64,000 bases of DNA from Strigamia acuminata (taxonomy: Eukaryota), in contig OX442314.1 of NCBI GenBank assembly GCA_949358305.1, forward strand, positions 27,156,001-27,220,000. Reading direction: 5' to 3'. Positions within the stretch are counted from its first letter, which is position 1. Every line of letters starts with the position of its first letter. Positions 44,278 through 58,400 of the stretch are shown in pieces. The notes under the pieces are model-generated. The model saw only the letters and a list, made by a program, of their open reading frames with translations. It was not told the origin of the DNA and made no database searches. The position numbers and the translations under genes are program-made.

Positions 44278-45904
44278 TATTTACATTTCATGTTGAATTT
44301 TTGCTATAACTTTTGAACAATTTATTATTTTTACAAAACCTGTTATTGGATTTATTTCCTTAAGTGCTGCGATTTTAAAAAAAACAAAGTCTTTGTGTAA
44401 TAAGAGAATTTGTAACGATGTTTTTGGGATCACAACAGCAAGGGTTGTGACGCCAATGGATCGCCTGACTATTAGAAGACCGGTGAAGCCACAAAATACT
44501 ATAATTAAAGATGGCTTGCAAACTAACAATCTGCATCTGAGATAATGATGTGTGGTCATGCAAGTTCCAACTAAATTGATCACGTAAAAAATCTATAAGG
44601 CACTTTTGTGTTATTTTTGTTCTGTTTTAATAGACCGTAAAAGTTTGTCGTATATGTCTTTTCACAAAAAGTTTTTTTCCAATTTCTGAATAACTTCGTG
44701 AAATATCATTAAGAAAACTTTTGCCACATTAATCTCATTGATTAATACAAAATGAGTTTTTAAATGGGTATGAATAGTAATGGAGGGGTGATGGGAGAAC
44801 TCTTTTTCCTCCATATTGAATTTTTCCAATGGAAATTAAGTCTTATCAACATTTCTTAAAAGTAATTTGATTTTTTTTTTGAAAAAAAAATTTTTTTTCT
44901 GACCAAATTAAAAAAAAAGTAGAAATGGTGAGAATATTATGACTTTCACTATTTGTTTCCTGAGGAAAAGTGCATTTGTTAATGAGGTCATGGTAATTTG
45001 ACATCACCTTCTGCTGAGGTTAAACACTTGATTAAAAGCAGGGAAGAAAGACATCTAGCTTGCAGAGCCTCTTACAATGTTTATAAAGATGAAATAATAA
45101 AATTAAAAAAAAAATGCCTGAAAAATGAAATAAGAGCAAGTTGTAGTAAATGCACTTCGCCTTTAATGTTGACACATTTATCTGAAGCACCACATTAAGG
45201 AAACCCATGTGCAAAAAGAAGAAGAAGAAGAAGAAAAAAAAGCAACATTTCCTACATCAGCACTTACTCTTGTTTATTAGTTTCAATCATTTTCCAATTT
45301 TGGACCACTTTTCACTTGATGTCACTTCATTTTCAAGATGAAGAAGTCAACAAGGGAAATGAAAAAAGATCAATCAGGAAGACAATTGGCCAGGTAATTT
45401 TGTATTGGTGGTTTAAAAAGAAGAAAAAAGGGGAAAAGAATTCACTTATGCATCCAATTTGTGTTTTCACCAATGTCTTTGGGGATTTTGGTTGCCAAAC
45501 TTGTGCACCGTGATGGAAATATGAAATGGCAATTAATTTCTGCTTCACTTAACTTTGGTCTTTTAAATTTCTTTTCCAGTTTGATAATCAATTTTTCTTA
45601 CATTTCTTTTCTTTCTTTTGGTCATATACAAACTTGAGAAATCCTTCTCTAGTATGACAACACCTGGCTGTCAGACTCAAGTTCCCAGACTCTCTTGTCA
45701 ACTGGGTTAGAAAGGAATGGAATTTCATTTGGAGAAACCAACCAGAAAGCATTCAACTACTTGTCATCAACTGCAGATATGAGACAGCAAAGTTTTTACA
45801 ATCAAAAATGCCATCTGGAGTCTAAGCTAGGTCTTCATAATAAGACTAAAAAAATATGAGAATCTCAAGCCAAAACTTGAGTTATCTTGTAACACAAGTA
45901 GTGC

Positions 45905-46334
45905 TATACTCAAGTTGCACTCAAAAAGGCACCTCACAATGTGTACTCTCATTGGTCGAGCCAGTTTACTACTAACTCCAGACTGTATACTACTACTTGG
46001 AGAAGTATTTTTGTTTTGTATTTATTGTTGTGATTGTTATGACTAATTTAGTTTATGTTATTTTGATTTTATTTAATAAAAAATGTTATTTCCATCATTA
46101 AAATGAAGTTTCACACATTAAAAAATGTCAAACTCATGTTTGTTGTGTTTATTGCTTACATCGTCTGGAAGTTTGAATTTTAGGCCGTTGCCTAGGCAAT
46201 CGATTGCAATGTCTGTACATTGTAATGCAATTCTGGTGTTTGGGTCTACTTTTCCGGATCACTACACCAGTAAACTGGCTCGACCAATGAGAGTACACAT
46301 TGTGAGGTGCCTTTTTGAGTGCAACTCGAGTATA
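45905..46334. repeat. 66-bp near-perfect inverted repeat pair ~300 bp apart
   Basis: 45905-45970 is the reverse complement of 46269-46334, with one mismatch seen. Confidence 0.85.
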
Positions 46335-47293
46335 ACTGCTAACTCTTGTGTTGTGTTAATTATGTTTTGAAAAAATCCAAAGAATTTGTTTTCAATGACC
46401 GTCATTGAGATAATAGGTGCATTCAAAGTTTCTGTTTTTACTGTATATATACAGTACTGTGATGATATTTTGGATGGTTTGGAATCAACAGGACTTACGG
46501 ATAATGAAGAAAGTGCAAGTGAAGATGTTAGTGATGAAGAGGTGGGAGAATGATGTGTTTGTATTGTCAATGTTCTTTTTTAATTAAAATACTAGTACGT
46601 TTTATACCGGCATGCCGGTACAAACTTTTTGTACGCAATTTTAAAAACCTGGTAAACCCATGCCGATGGCATGCCGCTTTATGTGAGGTAATACGGTAGA
46701 CAAGTTGTTGCCTTCTGGTTTTGCGGTTAAAAAATATCAAAAAGCACCGAAACACAAACTTTGAATACCCCCAATGATTTTGTTGTTGCTAATTAATTGT
46801 TTTTACATAATTTCTGTTGGGACTTGGAGGGGAGAGCATCAATTGGATGGAAAAGAGAGACGGACTAAATTGTTTTTGGAGTAGTGTTATGTGGGATTTG
46901 GAGGGAAAAAAGCGGTTGTTTGTATCTCTTTTTTGTACAGTGATTTAGTAATGGAGAAAGAAAGCTATCATTTATTACATTTGACACTTCTTTGGACTGC
47001 AATGGATTGCTCTGACCACCTGATCAGTCTCATGTTTAGAGGTTGTTTCCAGCGATTCAACAGAGCAATTCACAACTGATCTTTTCAATTTTCAAGCTAA
47101 AGACTTCATTGCACAGCTTTATTAAACATCACAAACAATTTCATGGAAATAAGATTAAAGTGCTAGAATGGGTAGCCCAATCGAACATTTGAAAAGAAAA
47201 ATTTAAAGTTTAAAAATGGACAAGAAATGACAAATCAGTTAATTCAAACATCTCTAAAAACTGGCTTGTGTCTTACAATCGAAGAAATACAGT

Positions 47294-48540
47294 TGTGACG
47301 GTTATTAACTAACCGTAATTATCAGTGCTTAATGTTGCCACTAGATGTCGTGAATACGAATCGGCGGTAAATTTGAATATGCGAATGAAAAGTAATAAGA
47401 ATAAATATATAAATAAAGATGCTCATATCTTCTACCACTATTATGCACAATAATATAACTTTATATTATTGTTATGCACAATAATATAACTTTATATTAT
47501 TGTTATGCACAATAATATAACTTTATATTATTGTTATGCACAATAATATAACTTTATATTATTGTTGTAAAAAATCATGAGAAGAATCGGTCACTGGTTC
47601 TTGGAGATGTGACAATTTGGATTAAATAATTAGTTCATGTCTTGGACTGTGTCCCGGGTATCCACTTTCTGTTTCTCATCTTGGATTAGTGTAATCCAAG
47701 ATATAGTCCTAGGTATTCACTTCGGTGTCAGAGGATTGGAGGGCTTCATGAAGCCCATGTTCCTATTGAAACATTGATAAAATACCTTAATCCAACCAAG
47801 AGTATACTATATTTCCTGGCAACGGGAAGTAAGGGAGATTATTCTGGTTTTTGGTTTCTTGTTGCTTATCACTTGAAACCGTTGTATTATTCTGGTACGA
47901 ATAGATACAACCCCCGTCAATTGAACATGAAGGTCTCAATACTAATGTTTGAGTCAAAACCGTGCTGAGCGACGAGTATCTTCATGCATGGATCACTGGT
48001 CATGTATGATACGAAAGTATTTAGTAACCGTGAGTAGCACCGTGTGTGTTTGTTTGACTTGTTCCATCGCGGATGGTGGCAAAACAGTCTACTTATTAGT
48101 AGTATTATGTGTGGCTATACTGCTGTGTGGGGCCATGTTTAAATACCGTCCCGCATGGTGAGGTGATGCATTACACGACCAAGAACACGCGATACCGACC
48201 AGGACTCGAGAACGCAGCCAAACCAACCCTGAGGACAACTGTACTTCCGGATAACAAGGAAGTTATCTCGTTTCCGGACCGAGGATCAGCATAACAGTAA
48301 TGATATTATTTTAGGGCAATTTGATGATTAACTGGCCACATGTCGGCATTAAATATTATTTAGTACTCCGTATTTTATTTGTATTGGCCGTAATAATTAT
48401 TGAGATAATTATATCCGGACCCAATAAAGTGTCTTGTATTGAGAACCATGTTGTTTTGTATTTATCTCTAACTCCGTTCACTTGACACATTTTATCCCCG
48501 GTACTAACATTTGGTATGAATAAAGGTCGTCGCCGTCACA
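47294..48540. mobile_element. Solo LTR (Gypsy-type, 1247 bp)
   Basis: TGTGACGG...CCGTCACA 8-bp inverted termini, perfect 4-bp TSD CAGT, no ORF, similarity to 4343-4872. Confidence 0.88.
47442..47566. repeat. 4 x 31-bp tandem repeat, each unit a hairpin
   Basis: TATGC-ACAATAATATAA-CT-TTATATTATTGT, four copies. Confidence 0.92.
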
Positions 48541-49656
48541 CAGTATATAAATGACACCTGATTTTGGTTTCGCCAATAAAAATTCAATCTGAATTCATCA
48601 TCTCAAAGAAATGAGTCGAAAAAATCCTGGATGGATGGATAATTATTTGGCCTACTGTATATTGGGCATCTAATATACCAAAAATGTCCCAACTTAGAGT
48701 ACCACTCGATCGATGTAATAAATAAGATCTGAAACTTTCTCCAATAGTTCATTAAAATAAACTCAAAGTGTGTTCGGAGAAAGAAATATCTGCTTGAATC
48801 GAAGCTGATAGTGAGTGGTGGGGTAGTTTGTCTCGCCTACTTCTCGCGATAATTGGTATTTGAACCCCTGGAGAGGGAAGAGATGGATAGAGAAATTGGA
48901 TTTGGCAGGGAAGCCGTGTGTTTGCTTCAGTTCCCTCTACACCTTCCTGCACCTGTGTGCCAATTAAGAGCGCAGCTAACATGTCACTACTTTTGCCCAT
49001 AGCTCTTCTTAATCAATCAACTTTCAAACTTATCCACCATTTTACTCAATATAAAGGGGGGAAAAGGTTTACTGCGATTGAAAACATACACCGGTTGAAA
49101 TCAATCGATGTGTGTGCACTGCACTGTGCGGTCTAGTGCACTTACCTGATCACTTGAAAGGAATTATTGCTCCATTTGGTACAAGAGGGGGAAACGTTTG
49201 AAGTTTGTACTTAACCTGACCATGAATAAATGGAATTGTCGTTACAATGATTTTATTTCTTTTCTAGGAACATTGTAAACCATAATTACAGAATGTGTTG
49301 GAATTGACGGACGTGGACGGGTGAGTTTCTCTGAAGGGAAGTTTTTGCATTTTTCACATACCTTAAGGTAGTAAATTCATCAGTTTGAGACGTTTGGACG
49401 TTTGGGATTCAATCCTATCCGCAATCCGCACTCGGTTTGAATTGAATGAGGATAGGATTGGATGGACCGCCATTTTTTACGGATATAGGATCGGATAATT
49501 GGTTTGTTCATCCGAAATTTTTTGGATTGGATTGGATTTTTAAAAAATGTGATTCAAACCGATTTAAACGCACCCTTATCCGCCATTTTTTTGGAATTTT
49601 AAGTTTGTCGGTACAAATGTGAAGTAGGCGCCATCTGTCATCGCAGTCTTAAATTT

Positions 49657-49865
49657 TTTTGCGGACAAATGGCGGACAACTGACATCTCGCATTTACATT
49701 TTTGGCAAAAATTATAAACCTGTAGTACCTGTACATTTACATTTAACGTTGTATTTAAAAATAATGTCTGAAAATATAATTTAAAAAAATTCAGATATTA
49801 ATTTTTATAGTGTCCTCTAAAAATGTAAATGCGAGACGTTAGTTGTCCGCCATTAGCCCGCAAAA
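49657..49865. mobile_element. ~210-bp MITE
   Basis: ~45-bp imperfect TIR TTTTGCGGACAAATGGCGGACAACTGACATCTCGCATTTACATTTTT and its reverse complement. Confidence 0.75.
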
Positions 49866-50751
49866 CAACCTCATTTGTGCTGTTTTGACCGGATGGCGTC
49901 AAGATCGCGCGAGAGCTGTGTGAGTGCCGTGTGCTGCAGGTAAGTGATCAGCCTGCGTGGGCAGCTGGTCACACAATTCCGAAATAAAGTTATCTTTTCT
50001 TTACAGAAACAAATTACATGGATGGGCCTCCAATTGTGAGAGTTGGCGGACGCCATCAAGATGAAAGTCGTCCCGTTAGCACCGGGCCTAAGACATCGTG
50101 TTGATAGATAATGACACGCAAAAAACGGTTTTGTGGTTTGTAGCCTTTTATTCAGTTGTCTAGAGATCAGAGGCTCATGCCTTTCCCATCTGGGACGCAT
50201 GCTGTCTGTTGTTGGATGACCATCTGGACAGCATGGTCAGAATGCCTTTGTTCAAGCAGCGAGTCAAAGACCCAGCCTATATGTCGTTCACGGTATGACA
50301 GTATTGTCCATTCCCTAAGCAGCACTGGACTCTTTTTCCCCAGGTTGTATGGACTCCAAAAAATTATTTGCTTGTGGCTCCATTTTGTCTCATGGTGATC
50401 CTGCACCCCCGCACAAAGTCGACCGGCATACTAATCGGACCAAAGTCCAATCACTCATAAAGTCGAAGTCTACAGCCTTGTGGCAAGTTGACCTTTGCAC
50501 TATTCAAACGAGGTCCAACAACTCTCGTAAGGCCTTGGGAAGTAACTTAACAAAAGACACACCCTGTGCACCCCAGATAGGTTTTACAGTCTCCTTTATT
50601 GCCAGCCCAGCAGTTTGGGTTGTTTGTACGCCGCTAGAAGGACTAAGGAATATCGAATCCCGCTTCTTGTCTGTGATCAAGATCAAGGTGGTCGGAGACC
50701 AATGGGCCTCGTTTGAAACAAAAACAATATGGTGAAGAGAGGGTGTCTAAA

Positions 50752-51840
50752 ACCATGTTCACACAAAGCTTTTGGATCGCATCCGAAGCTGCGGATCTAG
50801 ATCCAAGATTGGTGCGAATGCTGAACTCTGTTGACGGATCTAGATCCGTGTGCCCAACAACTCCGTTCGTCAATCGAGTTCCCACAACTCGATTCGACGA
50901 TTGGATTCGGATTGGAATTCATTAAATAATGTCAGCAGTCTGTAGCATTCCATTCATGTGGATTCGATAAAACCTGGTTTGGTTTGAACGTTTGATTGAA
51001 TCACATTTTGGTGTGAACACAACTCCATCCAAGTGAATATTTTGGGAGTCTGTTCAGTTGGATCTGAATGGCTCTGAACAAAAGGCAGGGTACACCCAAA
51101 ATAGGGTACCCAATTTGGGTACCCAAGTAAAACGAAATTTATTTATTTTTTAATAAAAAGTTTTACATTTCTATAAGATATGTTATTACGGGAAATTATT
51201 TAACACATTTATATACTTGATGACATTGATCGTGAATTATTTTTTCCACAAATATAACTTCTTCGTTTTGTTTAGAGAAATCATTTCTCCTTTTTGGTTT
51301 TACAAAATCAGGAAGAGGTAAACAATCGAAAAAAAGAAATGACGCCTGTGTTTGAAAAACACAGCACCCATTTTTAATGAATTTAAATCGATTTTGATGA
51401 ATTTTTAACGAATTTAAGTCAGTTTTCAACGAATTTAAGTCAGTTTTCAACGAATTTAAGTCAATTTTTAACGAATTTATGTCGATTTTTACCGAACTTT
51501 TATGTCGATTTTAATAATTTATAATAAATTTAAATCGATTGTGATAACTTTTTAAAATGATTTTGATGATTTTTTGAAATGATTTTGATAATTTTATGTC
51601 AATTTCATGTTCAATGCTGACAATTTTGTGTTTAATTTTGTTTAATTTTTAATATTTGTGTCATAATAAAAATTATATTGATTACTGAAAATTGTAAAAA
51701 AAATTAATTAATCAATCCAGGAAATCTTGATTACCCAAATTGGGTACCTCACATTGGGTGTACCCAGCGTTTTGTTCAGAGCCGATCTGATTGGGCGGAT
51801 CAGATCCAACCAAACTCGATCCGTTGGTGTGAACATAGTG
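50752..51840. mobile_element. PIF/Harbinger-like MITE (ATGTTCACAC...GTGTGAACAT), interrupted by a second MITE
   Basis: Inverted ATGTTCACAC ends, many GGATC/GATCC subterminal motifs; exact termini uncertain. Confidence 0.55.
51070..51783. mobile_element. Mutator-like MITE with 9-bp TSD
   Basis: ~55-bp TIR GGCTCTGAACAAAA.GC.GGGTACACCCAA; TSD GATCTGAAT/GATCTGATT; internal AACGAATTTAAGTC repeats. Confidence 0.85.
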
Positions 51841-53184
51841 CGAAGCGTGTGTTTTTTACAAAGACGACTTGGTCGCCATGACAACAAGGTAAGAGTAATT
51901 ATCCAACATGGAGGGCTGTATTGAGGCTTCGGGGGCCCAGAGCACTTCCGCTATGAGTCAACAATGGAGGAGAAGGGCCTCATGGGGCTGCGGGGGCTCT
52001 TAATTCAAAAACAAAAATTTTTGCTAAAGAAAAAATTTTCAAAAAATAATTTGTTTTTTTTTCAATTAGGGATCCAAAAAATGGCTGCGAGGACGGGCAC
52101 TCAGAGTAGAAATCCATTTCTATCATGAATATTCAAAAATAACATCTTTACAACATTTACGAGCAAAAAAATGCATTTGCAGGATGTAAAATACTCTTTT
52201 TCGGAGTTGATAAGCTGCACGAGCTTCACAGTTCAGCAGCGACATCTGTGGACCCAAAAACGTACATCGGCAAGCATACGTAATCACGTGGTTTGATTCT
52301 CTGACAGTTGGCAAACAAAAATATTTCAGGTTCCGGTGACAAACCATGACAAAGAAAACATTGAAAAAAAAATTGTTTTTTCACCCGCATCGAAATATAA
52401 TTAGACATTTTGATGTTGTGATTTCGTGTTTAATTCCCATGAGAAAAATGTTTTGAAAAAATAATTTTTGGAATATATTTCCCACATTTAAAAAAAAAAA
52501 ATGAAGAATTTTTCGCCCGAAATCTTTCAATAAACGAACAAAAACAACATTCTGTATTGACGAAAATGCCAACTGCCTTTACCCCTTTTCAGAGAATGGA
52601 AGTGTCCTTGTGAGTGTGCCCCACCCACCCGGCGTTTCATTCGGCGTCTTGTGAGCAGAGCTAAAAGCATCTCGCGAAAATACACCTGAGTCGTGCCGAG
52701 CCAAGCCACAACTTTCAACAATGGTATGTTGCATAAATCAATTTCTATGTGAATTTATTAAGGGAATTAATAATTGAATCAATTATGAAAGAATTCTAAA
52801 GAATTTATAAATATTTCGTAAATTTATTTCTGTTTGGTATTAATGTATTACAGTGTTTACTATTTAATCACTTCGATTATTTCTTTTTTGCTTTTTTGCA
52901 ACAATATTCCCAATGGTGCAATTCGAAGTGGGTGTGTTCAAATTCAAATTTTTTTTTCTTTTTTTTCTTTTTTTAAGATTTAATTTTTTTTTCTAATTTT
53001 ATTTTGGCTTTGTATCAAATTGTTTTTATTCATTTTTCACTAAAAAAAAAATACAAAACACATTTTAATTATACAACATTTATTTGCTTGGTATAATTTT
53101 AATTTTGCTTTGTAATTACTAGCAAAATTTGTAATTTATGCTTTTTCAACCCTTTTCCTCTCCCCCGCGTAATAATAGAAGAAA

Positions 53185-53560
53185 AGTTGACAAAAATATT
53201 AAAACAAAATCGAAAATTCACAAAAATAATAAAACAAAATCCAAAATTCACAAAATTGAAAATTCACAAAAATAATAAAACAAAATTTAAAATTAACAAA
53301 AATAATAAAACAAAATTTAAAATTAACAAAAATAATAAAACAAAATTGAAAATTAACAAAAATAATAAAACAAAAATAAATATTAACAAAAATAATAAAA
53401 CAAAAATGAATATTAACAAAAATAATAAAACAAAATTGAAAATTTACAAAAATCCAAAAATCCAAAAATCCAAAAATCCAAAAATCCAAAATTAGCAAAA
53501 ATAATAAAACAAAATCCAAAATCCAAAAAAATAATAAAAACAAAATCTAAAACTCACAAA
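53185..53560. repeat. A-rich 30-bp minisatellite plus (AAAATCCA)n
   Basis: AAATTAACAAAAATAATAAAACAAAATT.A units. Confidence 0.9.
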
Positions 53561-54929
53561 AACAGCAAACAAATTTGACAATAAATAAAATAAAAATAAA
53601 AAAAATCATAAATTTTCTGATTGAGAAAAATAAAGAAAACCAAAATGGAAATAGTGAAACTCAACTTCAGTCTCGCCCCCTATGGATTGTTTTCAATTAC
53701 AAGTCACAGCAGGAATGGGAAGAGTTGGATAAAAATCACAGAATGCAATTTAGATCTTACAACCACAGGAAACACTGAACAAGAGGTAAACAACTTATTT
53801 CCAAGAGCTGTTCAATGACACTCGAGACTCGATAACTATATATCCTCAACTATATAACCCTTTTCAACCCAGAAACGTGGAAAAATGCAGCTAAAACTCT
53901 AAAATAAACGAGTGGGCGGAGAAATCATCCCTTTAAAGGACACGTGTGGCCTCCTTTTCATACCAAACAATACAATTTTCCAACTGAAAAACATCTGCAA
54001 ATTAGGTCACATCAGTTAACTATAAAAAAATACATTTTATACCTCGAAATTTTTTCTTTAAAAACACAAAAAAATGACTAAAAAAATCCATGCAGATCAA
54101 TACCGGACATATTTGTGCATTGTGATCCGCATAGTACAGGTGGCAGTTCCTATCTGATACACGAACAATCGTAGGAAACAAAACAAACAATTGCAAACAC
54201 CAGAGGGAGGCAAAAATAAAAAAGGGGGCTGGCAATGAAATAAAAAGAAATTACAAACGTTAATTGGATTAATTAAATAGTTGATTCTTTTATTACGTTT
54301 TTCCGCCCCTAAAACTTCCTCGTTTTTGCTCATTTTCTCGTCAGTCATCAGACTGCATCACGAGATGATGAAATTTCAATAATAATAGGTGACTGAGGTT
54401 TATTTTTATTATTTTTATTTTTTTTTTTAATTCGAAGGAGCGACTTAAGTTTGTGATTTGATACAGTACGTGACCGCTCAACTTTAGGTGCGCGTGGGCT
54501 ACGAGTTATTTTTGATTAAACGATGCTCTTTTATTCTTAGAGGGTTTCCGAGAATGGGAATGGAGTCTTGAACCATTAAGGTCAATTCTTTTTATCGGGT
54601 TTATGGAAAGGGTTATGAGTTTTTACCTTTATTTTATTCTCTGGTTTCATTCGAGCGGGATTTTTTAGGTTTATTGTGGTTGGGGTGAGAATAAGTGATG
54701 GGTTTTGATCGGAGTTTGTTGTGTGGATGTTTATTGTTTAGGGATGTTGTTGTTAGTGTTTGGGTTTGTTGGCGCCATGTGTGGTTGAATGTTTAGGTTG
54801 GAGAATCGGATGACAATCGTCTTTGTTTAGAGTGCTGGTCATTTACATGGTGATATTTAAACTTTTGGAAGTTTTGATGAAAATTTCGACGAAATTTGTG
54901 AGATTTTTAATGCATTTTTTTATTAATTC

Positions 54930-55440
54930 AGATCAAATTTGATCATTTTTCAGATATATTTTGACAAAATTTGAGGAATTTTGATTAATTTTCGATCAAA
55001 TATCTTCTTTTTTGATAAATTTAGTCGAAATTTTAGGAATTTTGATTGATTTTCGACAAAATATTTTCTTTTTTGATAAATTTAGACAAAATTTGATGAA
55101 TTTTGATTAATTTTTCAGCAAATTTGTTTCTTTTTGGCAAATTTAGACAAAAATTGAAGAATTTTGATTAATTTTCCAGCAAATATCTTCTTTTTTGATA
55201 AATTTAGACAAAATTTGATGAATTTTGAAGCAAATTTGTTCCTTTTTGATAAATTTAGACAAAATTTGAGGAATTTTGATAAATTTAGACAAAATTTGAG
55301 GAATTTTGATAAATTTAGACAAAATTTGAGGAATTTTGATTAATTTTCAAGCAAATATCTTCTTTTTTGATAAATTTAGACAAAATTTGAAGAATTTTGA
55401 AAAATTTTTCAGCAAATTTGTTCATTTTTGCTAAATTTCT
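54930..55440. repeat. AT-rich compound tandem repeat
   Basis: GATAAATTTAGACAAAATTTGA(G/T)GAATTTT units. Confidence 0.85.
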
Positions 55441-58400
55441 ATGAAAAATAATATACTTTACAAACCTACATGCATGTATATAATTTATTCATTTATTATA
55501 CACTGCAGTTCTTGCTTCTTTAGCCATCCTCCGTTTTTTCCCTTCAAATCCTATTGCATTAGATTTCAAATAAATAAAACAAACTTAATGCATTTCGCTG
55601 TTCTGCTAACACGAAAATATAAACAAACTAGAACCCAACTTAACCCATATTTAATGTATCATGTTCCTATTTATAATCTGTTCAACCTGCTGCATGTTTA
55701 TTTATTCACTAATTTAATCCCACTCATTTCCGCACATGACTTTTCTTCCAACCCTTTATTATCTTATTTTTGAGATAAATCGTGTTAACTCTTTGATGCC
55801 TTTGTCTATACGACCTGAATAATTCATGGCAAAAGTGCTGAATGGATCGGTTCAAGGTTCCTCATCAATAAAATGGTAACGTTTGCAATAAATCACGTTC
55901 TTCTCCGCCCTAATCCTTAATTGCAACGCGCTTTCTATTTATTTTAATTCCTACTTTGGACAGATGCTAAACCAATGCTCCGTTGCCTTCGGATCGCATT
56001 GCATAAAAGCGGCAGACATCAAGAAATTTAATATTAATTAACAGATTGATTTGCTTTCAAAATACCTTCAGCACATCATTGATATAAGCCGCAGAACAAG
56101 TACTGTTTCATTAACTATTTATATATTTAAAGCATCTTTAACTTGACCTTTAAAGTGACGTATGCTCAATTTAGGGCCCGTGGATGAATGGGACGAATGT
56201 ATTGCGTCAATGTCGTTAGTTGAAGCGAAGATCGAGTGTAACGTGACTTACTGAAACTGGACAAAAAGAGAAGAGCTATGATATGGGAATTTTGGCAAAT
56301 ATGGCGTGAAAGTTATCTCAAACAACTTCGAAATTTTTGTAACGATTTGAATTAAAATCAATTACTAATCGATCATCTTGTATACCCATTTTGTATAGCC
56401 ATTTTCCTTTATTTTTTATAAAAAATGGAATAAGGGAAAAGAGATATTTAGTTTGGGTTTGGTAAATTATAAATCTAATGTATACGATAAATATATATTG
56501 GCATTAATCCACAAAGAGGGTTTTGGAAGTGAATTAATCACTATCTTCCTAACGTTGTTTATCTTTTGTCTCTTGAGCTTCTCTGCATTACATGAGCGGA
56601 GTTAGCAATGCTGGGTATTGCTAGCTTTAGTATCATAAGGTATATTCTGTTTGCCAATGATTTTTCGTTTATTTTAGTTAAAAAGAGGTTTTATATGTTG
56701 AAAAATGTTGAAAAATGGGTATTTTTGTTGGAAATTGAATGAATTTTTTTATTTTTTTACAATTTCGATGCGTATTTTGCAATTTTAGCAGGAAAAAAAA
56801 TGAAATTTCGTCGTTGATGGTGCATTTTGAGTTTATTTTTATTTCTTTAGTGTTTATTTAATGGTTTGGTTATGAAAAGACTCGTCTCGAGGAAATTAAG
56901 AGTGCAGAATTTATCCGTTCGGAAGTTAATATTCTTTTGCAACAAGTCCTTGCTAAATTATGCATTCAATTGCATATAATGAAGAGATACATTTAAATGT
57001 AAATCAAACGTAATTTAACCTTTTTTTGTTCGGTTTTAAACCGATCAAAATTTGCATCGAAAACTTGTTTTCTCCAAAACCCACATTCGTTATGAATGAA
57101 ATATGAAGTAAATCTACATCTCCTAATCCGAGAAATATCGATTAATAAAACGAATTATGCGAAATTAAAAATAAACGACAGAATTTTTTTATTTTTTCTT
57201 CATAAAGCGAAGTTTATATTTTTTTTAAAGTTTTATTTGAAAAAATAAAAAAATAAAAAAATAATGGAAAAAAAAAAATATTATTTCTTGGTCCAGCCAG
57301 TTAGGTTTGATGTGTGGTTTTTCATGCTGGAGGCGTCGACAGAACTGATGGTATGTTTACCTGGGTCAAAACGTGTTCAGGTGAGTTGTGACATAAACCG
57401 TAGTAATGAAAAGTAATGGAATTGTGGTTTGAGCAATCAGCTTTGTCTTGAGTGCAACTGCCCTCGAGAATAACAAAACTGTCCATTCACTTTTTTTTCC
57501 TTCTTTTCTTTTTGCTACAATATATTTATACTTCCACCGCAAAAAAAATAAATGCAAAATAAGAATTGATGGATTGTCTCATGATGTATAGCAGTGCTTC
57601 ATCAGTTATATACAGATATATTGCTGTCTCGACTGTTTAGATGAATGGATGGGTAGAAAATCAAGAAGTATAAGCAACCGAGAAAGTTTAGCGAGGATTG
57701 ATGGGTAATGCAGATATTGAGATCTCATCTATCTAGATGCGATGTTTAATCGTTCATTGTGTTAATTGTAGTCTGTCTTGACTAAGTATTTGAAACTGTA
57801 ATGGACCATGCAAATAACGTGACCGTTGGTGTAGTTGAGATTTACATGACTGACTAGTTTATTCAAAGTAACGTATTGTTACGCGTACGGACCGTTCCGA
57901 TAAGCGGCCGATCTGTAGCGCTCGATTTGGCTTATAATTCGGTATTTAGTTGCTAAATCCGTGGCGCTGCAGAAAGGCAGTGTCACAAATTAACAAGTAA
58001 CAAGTGACGTGCATTGGAGTGAAGAACACTCCAACTTGGGTAGTGATAAGAGTGGTCAGGGCCGACTCAAAGTCGATCAGCGCCCCGTCGGTCATTGTTT
58101 TCAATTCTCGTCGGTGAATTTTGGGTGCATTAGTGCGTCCCATTCGTCTTGGCGCTCGGTGTGGTTGCATCGCTCGATCCTATTTTGAGCTGGCCTTGCC
58201 TGTAGTGTTTGTGATTACAGTAGTCAGTAGACGGCTACCACATGCGGTACATTGACATCACGAGAAGATTGATGCATATGAATACGCAGTGGTAGGATTG
58301 CATTCTGGTACGAATGCTATTTTGAATGTTACAACAGACCTTCCATGTTTTTTTCTGAAAAGGGTTGGCCAAATAAAACCGGCCCCACAAGACAAGGATT

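Noticed and set aside
44281..45600. Short ORFs that might be a decayed transposase
   Set aside because: No catalytic motif or termini recognised.
49871..50740. GC-richer block with short ORFs, possibly a decayed retroelement or transposase
   Set aside because: Stops in all frames and no motif I can identify; needs a translated search.
53187..53543. K/N-rich and F/I-rich ORFs
   Set aside because: Translations of an A-rich minisatellite.
57946..58260. Possible LINE endonuclease remnant
   Set aside because: Resemblance is too weak to support.
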